A DNA stretch of 64,000 nucleotides from Nageia nagi (taxonomy: Eukaryota > Plantae > Pinophyta). Made by a program: the position numbers and the translations under genes. Where the stretch lies: assembly GCA_050084985.1 (NCBI GenBank), contig JBITNC010000001.1, positions 93,496,001-93,560,000 of the forward strand, given 5' to 3'. Within the stretch, counting starts at the first letter, position 1. Every line of letters starts with the position of its first letter. This document shows, piece after piece, positions 26,840 through 40,641 of the stretch. Below the pieces are notes generated by a model. The model had not been told where the DNA came from. It saw nothing but the letters and a program-made list of their open reading frames with translations, and did no database searches.

Positions 26840-29059
26840 TTTTCCTACTTGGTGGATATTTTGTAGAAAAATTGCAAAACATATCTAGTCTAGAACTTGG
26901 CCTAACAAAACCCATCTCTCTTGAATGCCACATGAATTTCTTTATACTAATAGCCTTACTCAATGCATTAGCAATATTTTCCTCTATGTCCACTTTTTCA
27001 ACAACACTTCCTTCTATTCAACCATGTCCCTAATGAAGTTGTACTAAACATCAATATGCTTAGGTTGTGCATGAAATACAAGATTCTTATCCAAGAATAT
27101 AGCACTTTGGATATCATAATTTACTTGCATAATGCCTTGTGCAAAACTAATATTAGCACATAATCTTTATAACCATATTGCTTGCATGAGTGGCTTCCAT
27201 GTTTTAAGATTCAATAGTTTAAAGGAAAACAACAACTTGAATTTTATTCATCCAACTAATGGCTCCTCCAAACAAATTGAATACATAGCTGCTAGTAGAT
27301 CTCCTATTCTCAAGATCTTATACCCAATCTACATCAACAAAACCCTCAATATTTAAGAATTTTACCTTTCTTTTTCCTTGATAATATATTAAAAAATTAG
27401 TTGTACCATGTAAATATCTTAGCACTCTATTCACATCAGTATAGTGCTCTTTTCTAGGCTTATACATGTATCTACTTATAACTCCCACTACATGTGCAAT
27501 ATCTGGTCTACTATAAACCATCATATACATCAAACTCCCAATAACATTTCCATAAGGAACATGAGATATTTTTACAACTTATTCTTTTTCTTTGGGCATT
27601 ATTCAATAAATAATTTTGTTTCCAAATCTATAGGAGTATTCATAGGTTTGGAATCATGCATATTGAATCTCTTCAATATAGTCTCAACATATTTTTTTTT
27701 AATCTAGCCACAACTTTATATTTGACCTATCTCTCCATATTTGCATGCTCAAAATGCAATTTGTAGGTCCAAGATCTTTCATATCAAATTATTATGCTAA
27801 CAAATACTTCATAATAGTGGCTATTTTATTAGTGTTCCTAATCAATAATATATCATCAACATACAATTCTATTATAAAAAAATCATCACCAACTTGTTTC
27901 ATGTATATACAATGACCAACATTACTATGAAAAAAAACAAGTCCTAAAATGTAAGTATCAAATTTCTGATACCACATCATAGGTGACTATTTCATTTCAT
28001 ATAAAACATTTTTTAACTTACAATTAAGATTATCATTTCCTTCCTCAACAAATCCTTTAAGTTGTTTCATATAAATTTCCTCCTCAAGTCTCCATGAATG
28101 AAATAAGTTTTCACATCCATTTTCTCTATTTCCAAATCAAATGCAACAACCACAGATAAAAGATATCTTATTGAGGTCAACTTTGAAACATGAGACGATA
28201 AATCACCATAGTAAATTCCCTCTACCTATGAATAACCTTTGCTAACAAGGTGAGTTTTATATTTCTTAACATTTTCTTCAACATTTTTGCTTCTTCTTGA
28301 GGACCCATTTGCAACTAATTGACTTTCTTTCAATAGACAATTATACCATAGTCTATGGCCTATTCTTTTATATAAAAATCATTTCTTCATTCATGGTCTC
28401 TTCTTAAATATTTTCCTTTTAAGAATTAATTGCTTCTTTAACAATTCTAGGATCTTCATCAGTAACACATAAAGAAAAAGAATAATAAAAATTAGGTGGG
28501 TTATACCTTTTAGGTTTTGTTATGTCATGTGTTGATCTCCTTAACATTGGTGTATGAAACTCTTATAACTTGTTCATATTATTCTACTTTTGTTGAGTAG
28601 TACCCATCTTACATACACTCAAATTGCACCTTTTTTAGTTCTTCTTATATTACTTCCTTCCTAGGATCACTCTTTAGTTCTCTAAATGCCACATCTGTAT
28701 TGCAGGTAATACTCTTACTTTATGGATTCCCAAGTTTATAACCTTTAACACCATATTTATAACTAATAAAGTTAGAATTAACAACCTTATTATCAATCTT
28801 ACTCCTTTTTATTCTTTAGAATATGCATGAATGCATCACCACCAAAAACTATAATATGTGATAGAGAAGGTTTCTTACCAAGCAATGCTTCAAATGGAGT
28901 TTGGTTAGGAAAAGCTGATGTAGGTGAAAAAATTTGATAGGTAGCATTTTTTTTCCACTGCTTTTTCCCATAATTCTTATGCCAATCCAACACTAATGAA
29001 CATACTCCTTGCCTTTTCTATATAAGAGATCTATTTAGTCTCTCAGCAAATCTATCCTC
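26840..29059 (-). pseudogene. Ty1/Copia pol, 3' half (integrase C-terminal part, RT, RNase H) with PPT
   Basis: AERLNRSL at about 29020-29050; WYQKFDTYILGL...LYVDDILLI; YMMVYSRPDIAHVVGVISRYM; GFVDVDW. PPT-like CCAAGTAGGAAAA at about 26840-26852. Confidence 0.92.
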
Positions 29060-29200
29060 TTGAGTGATGAGCTAAAATAATTATCTCATCTTAATATAAA
29101 AACAACACTATTATAATACCATAGGGATGCTCTAGTAATATGATTGTGTGTTTTAATATGCTTAATTAATCTAAATAGATTAAGATGTCATACTTTCTTA

Positions 29201-32200
29201 TTACACTAAGAGGCATTCCTATAGTGGTAGCCAAGGGGGCGAGGGAGCCAAAATGTCACTCTATCTATATGTCTGTCATAAATAATGAACTAAATTGAAT
29301 TTGAAAAACTTAAATTTTAATATTAAATCAAATCTATTTGTTATTTTAATAATTATAATAAATAAAAGAAACTTTTTAACAATTTTATTTCACAAAACAA
29401 TTGGCACTTCTCTCTCTTCCATTTCAACTATAACAGTTGGCATTTTCAAAGTGTAAAAACTTTTCATTTCTTGATCTATGCCATTTGAAACTGTAATAGT
29501 TTCCACTTTGCATTTTGGACTTCATGCTTCTAGGTATATTTCTCATTGATTATATTTGATTGTATACAATGATTTATAATTTAATCCAACCAATTTTGAG
29601 CATGAATTCAATATTTTATATGAATATGTAGTGCTAATTTACTTATTTATGTCATAGAATTACAAGTGTATATATAAATCTTAATTTATGAAAGCATTAA
29701 GCTTATCTTTGTATGATTGTGTAGTCTACCTTGTCTGTTGATTTCAATTTATATATGTGGCCTTCAATACTTTGATTCTAAACATGTCTACTCTTTAATA
29801 CATTTATTTTACCAAATTGTGATACATCGTAAAGAAATAAAGATATTCATTCTTCTATTATAAAGATTTATATTAGTTTCTATATACAATTAATTTCTAT
29901 AATTTATAATTAGTTCTCTACTCATATATCATGTATTTTATATTAAAATTTGAGTTTTGTTCAAAGTCTTTCAATTTGAGGCAAAGATACCCACATCAAT
30001 AACCATGGCTTTTGATTTGAAAAAAACTTGGGCTATTGAGAGATCAAGCTTCTATATTGTTATTTGAATTTGAAACCATTCTTAGTTTGAGTTTAGAAAA
30101 ACATGTGTGATGAGATGAAATATTTAAATCAAATAAATTAAAGATTAAATTAAATATTTCAATCAAATAAATTGAAAGTTTAAATAAGAAATATTTTTAT
30201 ACATATAATATAACACATAATTATATTATATATATTATTTGGAATTATATTATTAATTAATTTTAAATTATATTTTTAATATTTCATAAGATAAGTTGTC
30301 ATAACATTTTATATAAAAAAAAATTATTAATAACATATCATTATTAAAAATAAAAATAATATTAATATTAATATCAATAATAACATCATCAATATTTTTT
30401 TATCTCAAAATAATTTTTACAATAATTTATATAAATTTAAAATATATAAGATATTCAAAATAAAAAAAAATATTAATATTATTGTGAAAAGTGAAAAATA
30501 TAAATACTTATAGATTGTTGATAATAAGGGTAAATTATATTATCAAAATGTGGTGAGGAATTTTGTTTGAACCCCAAGAAAACCAATCACAAAATTATTT
30601 CCAAAATACAAAACTGCTACCCAGCTATAACTAGTGGTAGCTAATGTAATATGCAAAAAACTATTAACAAAATAAATTTTAATGATACCCATCTATAACC
30701 TATTAGTAGCCCCAATGTAACCTACTTTATAAATTGATTAAATAGAAAATCATCAAATTATTATCAAAATGCATCTAAATCATAGCTAGGATGCAACCAA
30801 ACTACCTCTTTATTACTGAGATATTCTAATCAATAAATCCTTTGTTCAACCCAAAGGTGGGCTGAGATTTATTGATCAAATGTAGAGTTGATTTCTTTCC
30901 ATTCACTATATCTTTTTCGGTGACTTTCTCTCTAGTATCTCCTCAGGATGGTCTCCCTACATTTCTTTGTCCAACATTTGTTGTCTTTATTTGTTTTTGG
31001 GATTCCATATTGGCCTTCTTCCTTTCATGTTGTTATTTATTGACTATTTGCATTCCTTTCTTTTTTTTCACCCTCCGTATTCTTTCTATGTCTTCCTCTT
31101 CCATAACTTTCATATCTTTTGTCTTGTATTCTAAAAAATTTGAATTGTAATTCATTTCTTCTCTATCTATTCCTTCTAAAATCCGATTGTATTCTTTTTA
31201 TTTTTTCCTATTTTTTAATTTTTGGAATGACTTCCACCCTTGCTCTTTTTGTTTATCTTCATACTCCTTTTCATTTTTTTCTTTTTCTCTCCTTTCTTAA
31301 TCCCTTTCCTCTTCTTTTCAAGGAAATTCTTTGCATAGTGCTCATAACTCTTATAAATTCCACATTGTACTAGCAAATTTTCATATATAATTGATTACAT
31401 CAATTTTCTTCCATATTCTATTTTATATTTTATCTCCTTCATCATAGGTTTGGAAATATCTAAATTAACCACAAATCTTGCTTCTGTAAACTTAAGTTTT
31501 AATCTTTTGATCGCTCAATTATGAAAAGGGATCCAACAAGATGGGTGAAGTTTGAGTAGTGATACCCATGTTGGAATGAGGTTGAAATTTTCACTTTCAA
31601 GGGAGAAGGTTTTATCCCATATTTTATCACTTTTTGCATATCATCATCAAATTGAAATTTGAATAATAAAAATTCTCTTGGGAGAAAAACTAGGGATACT
31701 CAACTTTTGTACTCCATATTATTTTTATCCAACTTTGAATCATATCTAGAGGGGTTCATACCCCAACAAAGAAACCAATAAGGGTTGATTTTAGCCCATC
31801 CTCTTCCTTCTTTGTTATACATTTTGGAATTAATATGCTAAGCTCATAATTAGAGAATTCAATCTCTAGTACCATCCTAATTTCCTCTTTTATGAATGGT
31901 TTTTCTACATCAATATGTTTTTTCATTCCTTGGGGGGCTTTGGATCATGTCATAATCTTGATTTATTCATTGTATTTCAAAAATTATTCGATTATATTTT
32001 GGCAATATTATAGCTTCTCTAAACTATAATTTGCTTAATAATTATATGTTGTTCTTTTGAAACAATTCATCCATGCTTCTATTACTTTATCCTCATACTT
32101 TTGTTACTGTATGCTCGCGCTTCTTCTACATTTTCCTTGGAAACCCTAAAATTTCACACATTAAATGATTATCACTTATTCAATTGAAAATAATTATACA

Positions 32201-35200
32201 TTGTTTAGATACAAGTCAATAATATATTAAAGTTAGTACTATTAATGCAAAAGTTGTAATCTTAATAATGTTTTTTAATATAATACCTCTAAATTTTAAT
32301 ATTAATAGCTTAGAAACAAATGATGAAAAACTCCCAACCATTTTACAATATAGTAGTTTGCAAATAGAGACATGGGACATGAAGAAGAAAGTAAACACAT
32401 AAAATATTAAATTTAAAAAATAAATATAAACATTGTATGATTTTTTTTTTTTAAATATCTTATCCTTGAAACTCTATTAAGGAGTTTAATTGGGTTATAT
32501 AATACTTATAGGCATTTATCTCTAAATAGGTATATATCTTTAAAAGTATATGATTGTAAACATTATTTGAAGAGTACAATAATGAAAATGAGGAACAAAA
32601 AATTCTATCATTCTATATAATGTGTTTACTTTATGCTCTAATCAAGGTGATAATAATGCAATTTAAAAACCTAAAGTATGAGGTTCTTTCGATCTTATAT
32701 ATACATGAACAACTAAGCTCACCAAGTGCATCATAGACATAATTGAAAAACTCAAAATATCACATGAATAATGTTAAGTGCCTATAGACAAAATCATGGA
32801 ATCTTTGTAACAAATAAAAATTAAAGTTTATCATCCTAACCTTAAATGGAAAGTGAGAGATATGAATGTAAAATTCATAAGATGTCATATGAAGAACATT
32901 ACAAGCTTACACTCAAAGGAGTTATTTAGAAACCTCCCAATGTAATATTTTAGATGCTTACACTATGCCCAAATTATCTCTTAAAATAATAAATTACATC
33001 AACCTAAGGCAATATGCATGTAAGTCGAAACTCTAAAGTGGAAGGTTGTATTGCATCCTAACATATATGAGATCCTTCAAGCTTATCTATACATGAACAA
33101 CCTTTATATAAATTATTTAATATTATTCATGATATATTTAGAAATCTTTTAGTGTGAAATTTTAAACATAAAGTTTGTACATCATAACCATACAAATGAA
33201 AGAATATATATAATATCCATCAAGCTTATCTATATATGAACAACCAATCTCATCAAGCATATCATAAACATACTTGAAAAATTTCAACATATCACATGAA
33301 AAACATCCAAAAACTCTCCATATTGATATTTATATTTTTATATTTATATATCTAATTGAAATAATATCATACATCACCTTAAGATGGTAGTCATGTAAAT
33401 TTAAACTCTAGAGTGTAAGGATCTATACATCCTAACCCTAGTAATGAAAGAAAAAATAAAAGTTTCATCAAGCTTATATATACATGAAAAATCAATCTTA
33501 CCAAGTACATCATAGACATTATATTTAAATAAATAGGTGATAAAAGGATTAGTGGATATCATAATGTGTTTAATATTTATCATGGATTAGAATGATATTT
33601 TATTTTTTGATGAATTTTTATGTATCTCTTAATATTACAATCCAATAATCACATGATCACTAATGCCACTAGCTTTGATATAACCCCTTATATATCAAAA
33701 AACCCAAGAGATATCATTTTTGAGGTGCCTATCTTGGGTATATCAATACTAAGAAATGATATAGGTAACTCAAGAATGATATCTCTGAAGGAGAAACTCC
33801 AAAAGCCAAATATTGTATTAATTGGATCTCCTATAAATACATGTATACTCACACACCTAAAACTATTAATGATCACAAATTACCTTAATCCCTAAGGATT
33901 AGGTTTCTAACATTCCCTCCTTTAATCTGCAAGGGATTAAGAATACAAAGATGCCTCTAGGTGTGTAGTAGATGCTACAAAACATTTCTGGAGCTTTTTC
34001 TACAGCCTTTTCTAGAGCTTGACACTTTCTGGAGCTCATTTCTGGAGCTCATCTCTGGAGCTCGTTTCTAGAGCTGGTCTCTGGAGCTCATCTGGTGCAC
34101 GTCTAGCACCAAAAAGCATTTGTAGTTTGGCTCCAGAAACTATTTAAAGGTTTTTGAAATGTTATGAAGCTCAAAGGATTGTAATCTTGCTCCATAGTAA
34201 TGCAATCTGTTATCTGATGTTTCAATATTCTATAATGGTCCTTTTTTTTTCTTCATTTCTGATATGCTGGACACTTCCCTCCAAGAAGCCATCCTCCATG
34301 ATCACCACATACAGCTTGCAACTGAAGGTCTATGAGTCAGCTCTCTGACTCCACGTGATCACCACCATTCTCTTCTGCCATGCCTTCTTTCATCATGCAT
34401 GCAGATCACAACCCTCCAACCAATCATTTGGTGCCCTCACGGTGTTCCCTAGCAACCACCTCCATTTCTGCCTATCACACTTGCCTCCACCTTGCATATA
34501 GCTCATGGCTCCTTGGCCAGTAGTTTGGCATCATTTGGTCACCTCCTACATGATCTTCCATCCATCTGATCTCCTCGTCGCTTCACTCAGCCTCCTCGCT
34601 GTATCGTCACTCCCCAGAATACCATTTTTGACTCAGACTATGAAATGTTTTCCTCCTTATGTGAGCATCACAGTGTGAACCTTTGTGAGCTTCTAACACA
34701 TGGATCTCCCTTCACATCTTCTAGCAGGTCAATCTCCTTCAGCTTACGTGAGCTCCTCCACGCGAGCTCCTCCACGCAAGCTTCAGGCTTTCTCTGCACG
34801 ATCTCAATTAGATTCTTCATGCAATCTCCTCCACGTGAAAAACTAGATTAGTGCTCATGAAACATGTGAATAAAACAATAGAATTATTATTTCTCCTCCT
34901 CTACATCCTTCCTCATGAAAGTCACGCAAACATCTTCTACTCCTCCACGTAGCGTACCTCCTCCATGCAGGTCACATCTCCTCTTTTCTACTGTGCGTGG
35001 GTTTCCTTCACCATTTTTGGGTCATGCCGCCTGACTTGTTCTCCACCTAAGGCTGCATTCTTAGCTTTCAACTGTGCGATGCCTCCTCTATGAGGCATTC
35101 TCTTCTCTTCCTCAGGCTCCATGTGGGGAGGTGCAGTCCAAGACACACCCCTTTCTCCACACAGGCTCTTCTCATGATCCATGCAAGGAGATGCACTCCA

Positions 35201-35597
35201 ACACCCCTTTCTCTGCATGATTTTCTCTCATGCCTCCTCTAGCCATCATTCACATCTCTAGGGCAGTCCTCTACCTCTCTTCAACAGATTCAAATCCCCA
35301 TAACATATTCAAATCTTCATAACCATAGCTGAAACTATGAACCAACAAAAAAACTTCAAACCCTCATCTTGGAGGATGGGCAATGGAGTTCTCCAGATCT
35401 TCTCCAACGAGGCTCTGATACCACTTGAAGGAGAAACTCCAAAAGCCAAATATTGTATTAATTGGATCTCCTATAAATACATGTATACTCACACACCTAA
35501 AACTATTAATGATCACAAATTACCTTAATCCCTAAGGATTAGGTTTCTAACAATCTCTCGATATTTTTTTATATATAAAGGGTTGTATCAAATCTAG
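29201..35597 (+). mobile_element. Non-autonomous Helitron-like element, same family as 51539-58477
   Basis: Its 5' end ttacactaagaggcattcc...gggagccaaaatgtc matches the long copy's 5' end. Its 3' end carries the same long hairpin and ends CTAG at 35597. The other LTR shows the empty site (atta^tttact, 59600/59601) with no TSD. Confidence 0.85.
33786..35552 (-). mobile_element. Very young non-autonomous TRIM-like LTR element (1767 bp)
   Basis: Identical 127-bp LTRs at 33786-33912 and 35426-35552 (TG...CA). TSD atctc. Perfect tRNA-Met PBS TGGTATCAGAGC (35423-35412). PPT AAAGGAGGGAA (33923-33913). No RT or integrase motifs seen. Confidence 0.96.
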
Positions 35598-37573
35598 TTT
35601 ACTAACGTTTTTATGGTTTCCAAGTATTTAGGAAAGAAGAAGAATTTTATTGTTGATAATTAAAGGTTTTTTAATATTATATGTTTAGAACTTCTTCTTG
35701 AAATCCAAAGTCACATAGAGGACCACCTTCTTAGCATAAGTGAGAATATAAAGATTTAGTAGATTTTATGTACTATTGTCATTAGAAATAAATTAATCTC
35801 TCTATTTGTATGAAGACTTCACACTTTCTAGCCGAAGGAAAATATTTGGCATTGGATAGAAAATGGAATATTGCACATATGCTAGATTTGGGAGACCTAC
35901 AGCTTATTGGACATAGCCAAATTTAGAGCAACCATGAGTAACCAACATTAGAAGATATAGTATAGTTCATATTTGAATATTCATCTAAATATGGAGGCAA
36001 TTATATTACTTCTTCATTTAGATAAAAAAATCATGGACCAAAAAAGCATTCTATCTTCTACAACCTTGAAGCACTGTATGTGGGTAAAATATAGAATGAG
36101 ATATTTGATTGCCAACTATTAGAGTTGAATAGAATGATGTTTTATTATTTTTTTTAGAAACAAAATGTAATAAATCCTCTTCTCGTATGTGAGATTAGAG
36201 GTTAGATAGTGGAAGACATATTTTAGATTTGGAATGAATTTTGAATAAATGGATAAAGAAATAGTTTAAGGCTCTTTCAAAACTCTTGAGTCTTCCTCTT
36301 CAAAGAATCTACTGGTGAAGTCTAGACAACTTCACTAGTAGGCTCTATCTTATTCTTTCCTTTTTTATGTTTAATATTATTATCTTATGGTTATTTGAAT
36401 GATGGTTATTATTTTTTTAATTTTGCATGTGTATTTTTCTACAAACCATAGATATAAAATAGAGTCTTAATTGCATACAACCATTGGATACTTGAATCTT
36501 GTATTGACACATTGAATGCTGAAATTGATAACTCACAATTTTCGGCATCATTACTAGGGAGCATGGTATTAATTGATAACCCTTTAGGAATTATTTTATA
36601 GGATTATTAATAGCACCATTTATAAGCAAGTGTATCACCATGTTTCCATGTTCTACACAAAAGAAAATAGAGGGTTGTTGAATTATGACCTTGCGATAAT
36701 AGTTTGATTTCATTTAGTGATCCTATTAGGCATACACCAATCTATATCAATGTTATTTGTTCTCAATTTTCATATTATCATGTGGTCCCATGTAACAATC
36801 TATATTTGATTTTGAAATGAACTATTAGTAAACTTTGATTGGTAGATTGCATTTGTTTTAATTTTTCTTGATTTCCAATTATTAAAATATAAGATTTCCT
36901 TTTTATTAGAGTCAATAGTTATAATGAAATACCATAAAACCCTCTAAGTATATATAGAGGATTAGGAGAAGAATGGAGATTGAAAAAAATAATAAGTGGC
37001 CATATATGCTAGAGAATGTACATTTGGTAATTACTATTCTAATAACACTTCAATTTGTAGCATTTATGATCAACATCATCCAACCAACAATTGTAGTTAT
37101 ATTTTGGTAAGAAGGATAGCTTTGAAAAATTAAAAAATAATAGATATTGAATACTTCATGCCTCACATGTCATCAAAAGAAGCCTACATTCATAAATATC
37201 TTTTCCAATAAATGCATGGGATAGGGAAGAATTCTTCCATCAAATCTAATATTTCTCAAACACTAGCCTAGTCCCCTCTTATTTATCTCCATTTATACCC
37301 AATAAGGTTGAAGATTCACACTCCAATAATTCATTATTTGAATTTGCAACACCTTTACTTGCTCCATCTAGTGAATGATATTCCCAAGTTACACATAGTT
37401 CTCATGTCCCACATTCAATGTTTGAAACCTTAATATGGTTAGCTTTTTTAATTTTAATATTTTCTATAATGGGATTATTCTTATATTTTGTGGATGAAAG
37501 ACTAGTTTTTGAGTTGACTACTACATCAATATTTGTATTTCATATACAAAATGTGAAAGTGTTGTACATTATC

Positions 37574-40500
37574 TATTATTGTTCATTTAAGATATATGCA
37601 TCATAGGATGAGAGTCTAAAGTAACAACATAAGTTCATTAAGGTAGCAGCTTCAATCCATAATACATAAGGTGTATGCAATCATCAAAATAAGGTATGGA
37701 TTTGGAAAATATGTTTTTCTTTACTCAAGATTACTCTACAATTTTCTATGTTCTTGAAATATAGAACACATAGCTTGTTGTATTGGGAAGGTCCATATAG
37801 GGTTAAGATATCAATAGGTTATTAGAAGCATACTAGTTTCACTTTGTGTTGATGTAGATTGCATCTTTAGCTAAGAAAAAGAAAAATATATGATGAAACT
37901 TATGATGCATACAAAAAGAATATCCCACTCTTGAAAAGGAGGGATGAGGACCAACATTGTAACACTAATGCTAAAGGGGGAGTTTACCTACTATGATGAT
38001 GATGGGGTATGTGTGCTAGACTTGCAAGAAGATGAATGTTAGTGGAGACCTCAACACTATAGTCCCTTAAGTACTTAGAGTTCTCTGAATTAGAGGTGTT
38101 AAACATCCTTGATGAAATTTTTTCCCCCTATCTCATAATCAAATTGGTGCTAGAAAATAAGGGAATGCCTACAATGTAATATGATATGCTCATGCTATGC
38201 TAAGATAATAATCAAATGGTAAGAACAAGATAAACTACCATGAATCTAGCAGAGAAACATGCTACATGCTCACATGAATGCATATAAGTATAATAAAATA
38301 AGTATATAAGTGCTCCATTACTCCATGATAGCTCCATGTGCTCTTCAACACCTACAAGAATGCTCAAAACATTTCAAAGGAATATGTTAAGGTATGTTAT
38401 GGCTAGTGATTTTGATCTAGGGTTTGGCTAGACAAGATGGGTTGATGGTAATAGCTAAGTGAGAAGACATAAAGTGATGATCGAGAGGAGTTAGAGTGAC
38501 CAAGATTAGGGACAAGGAAAATTGATTTAAAATTAGCTTTATAGGTCAGATGTTGGACTAGTAGATCGATTGACTAACTAGTAGGCGTTAGGCAATTGTG
38601 GACCAATCCTAAACCTAACTCATAAAGTCAAAAATGGCTATGATAAGGTGATAAGATTAAAGTGAAAAGACACAAGGTTATTGAGGATGAAAGGGAAATT
38701 TTAGGTGCTTACATATTTCCCCTTTTGAGGTGAGTATCGTAAGGTGTGAGACTCAACTCAAAAGCTAGAGTGGAAGATGATGATGATGAAAGGATAAAAA
38801 GATAAAAAATGAAGGAAAGGATAAAATGATAAAAAGGTGATGATTAATGACTAATGATATTTTTTTGGCATGCAAGGAGATATAGAGGTATGCAAACCTA
38901 CCACATGCTAAATGATCAAGACTCAAGATGAGTTAAGTGACATGATAAAGTTGTGCTAAATGATCATGACTCAATATGAGTTAAGGATAAATTTTCCCCA
39001 TGCTCAATGAAAAGCAAAGCTAAACCATGGTAATAAGGAACTTATTGCAAAATAATACAATAATGATGGCCATTTCCATATGCTAAATATAAAGCAAGGT
39101 ATGTCAAGGATAAAATTACCTATTATTGTTCATTTGAGATATATGCATCATAGGATGAGAGTCCAAAGTAACAACATAAGTTCATTAAGGTAGCAACTTC
39201 AATCCATAATACACAAGGTGTATGCAATCATCAAAATAAGGTATGGATTTGGAAAATATGTTTCTCTTTACTCAAGATTACTCTACAATTTTCTATGTTC
39301 TTGAAATATAGAAGACATAGCTTGTTGTATTGGGAAGGTCCATATAGGTTAAGATATCAATAGGTTATTAGAAGCATACTAGTTTCACTTTGTGTTGATG
39401 TAGATTGCATCTTTAGCTAAGAAAAGAGAAAAATATGATGAAACTTGTGATGCATACCAAAAAGACTGTCCCACTCTTGAAAAGGAGGGATGAGGACCAA
39501 CATTGTAACATTAATGCTAAAGGGGGAGTTTACCTACTATGATGATGATGGGGTATGTGTGCTAGACTTGCAAGAAGATGAATGTTAGTGGAGACCTCAA
39601 CACTATAGTCCCTTAAGTACTTAGAGTTCTCTGAATTAGAGGTGTTAACCTCCTTGATGAAATTTTTTCCCCCTATCTCATAATCAAATGGGTGCTAGAA
39701 AATAAGGGAATGCCTACAATGTAATATGATATGCTCATGCTATGCTAAGATAATAATCAAATGGTAAGAACAAGCTAAACTACCATGAATCTAGCAAGAA
39801 ACATGCTACATGCTCACATGAATGCATATAAGTACAATAAAATAAGTATATAAGTGCTCCATTACTCCATGATAGCTCCATGTGCTCTTCAACACCTACA
39901 AGAATGCTCAAAACATTTCAAAGGAATATGTTAAGGTATGTTATGGCTAGTGATTTTGATCTAGGGTTTGGCTAGACAAGATGGGTTGACTGGTAATAGC
40001 TAAGGTGAGAAGACATAAGTGATGATCGAGAGGAGTTAGAGTGACCAAGATTAGGGACCAAGGAAAATTGATTTGAAAATTAGCTTTATAGGTCAGATGT
40101 TGGACTAGTAGATCGATTGACTAACTAGTATTGGTTAGGCAATTGGTGGACCAATCCTAAACCTAACTCATAAAGTCAAAAATGGCTATGATAAGGTGAT
40201 AAGATTAAAGTGAAAAGACACAAGGTGATTGAGGATGAAAGGGAAATTTTTAGGTGCTTACATATTTCCCCTTTTGAGGTGAGTATCGCAAGGTGTGAGA
40301 CTCAACTCAAAAGCTAGAGTGGAAGATGATGATGATGAAAGGATAAAAAGATAAAAATGATGAAAGGATAAAATGATAAAAAGGTGATAATTAATGACTA
40401 ATGATATTTTTTTGGCATGCAAGGAGATATAGAGGTATGCAAACCTACCACATGCTAAATGATCAAGACTCAAGATGAGTTAAGGACATGATAAAGTTGT

Positions 40501-40641
40501 GCTAAATGATCATGACTCAATATGAGTTAAGGATAAATTTTCCCCATGCTCAATGAAAAGCAAAGCTAAACCATGGTAATAAGGAACTTATTGCAAAAGA
40601 ATACAATAATTATGGCCTTTCCATATGCTAAATAGAAAGCA
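37574..40641. repeat. Near-identical tandem duplication of about 1.52 kb spanning an LTR/host junction
   Basis: 37574-39096 aligns with 39121-40641. Differences include many 1-bp indels. Confidence 0.92.
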
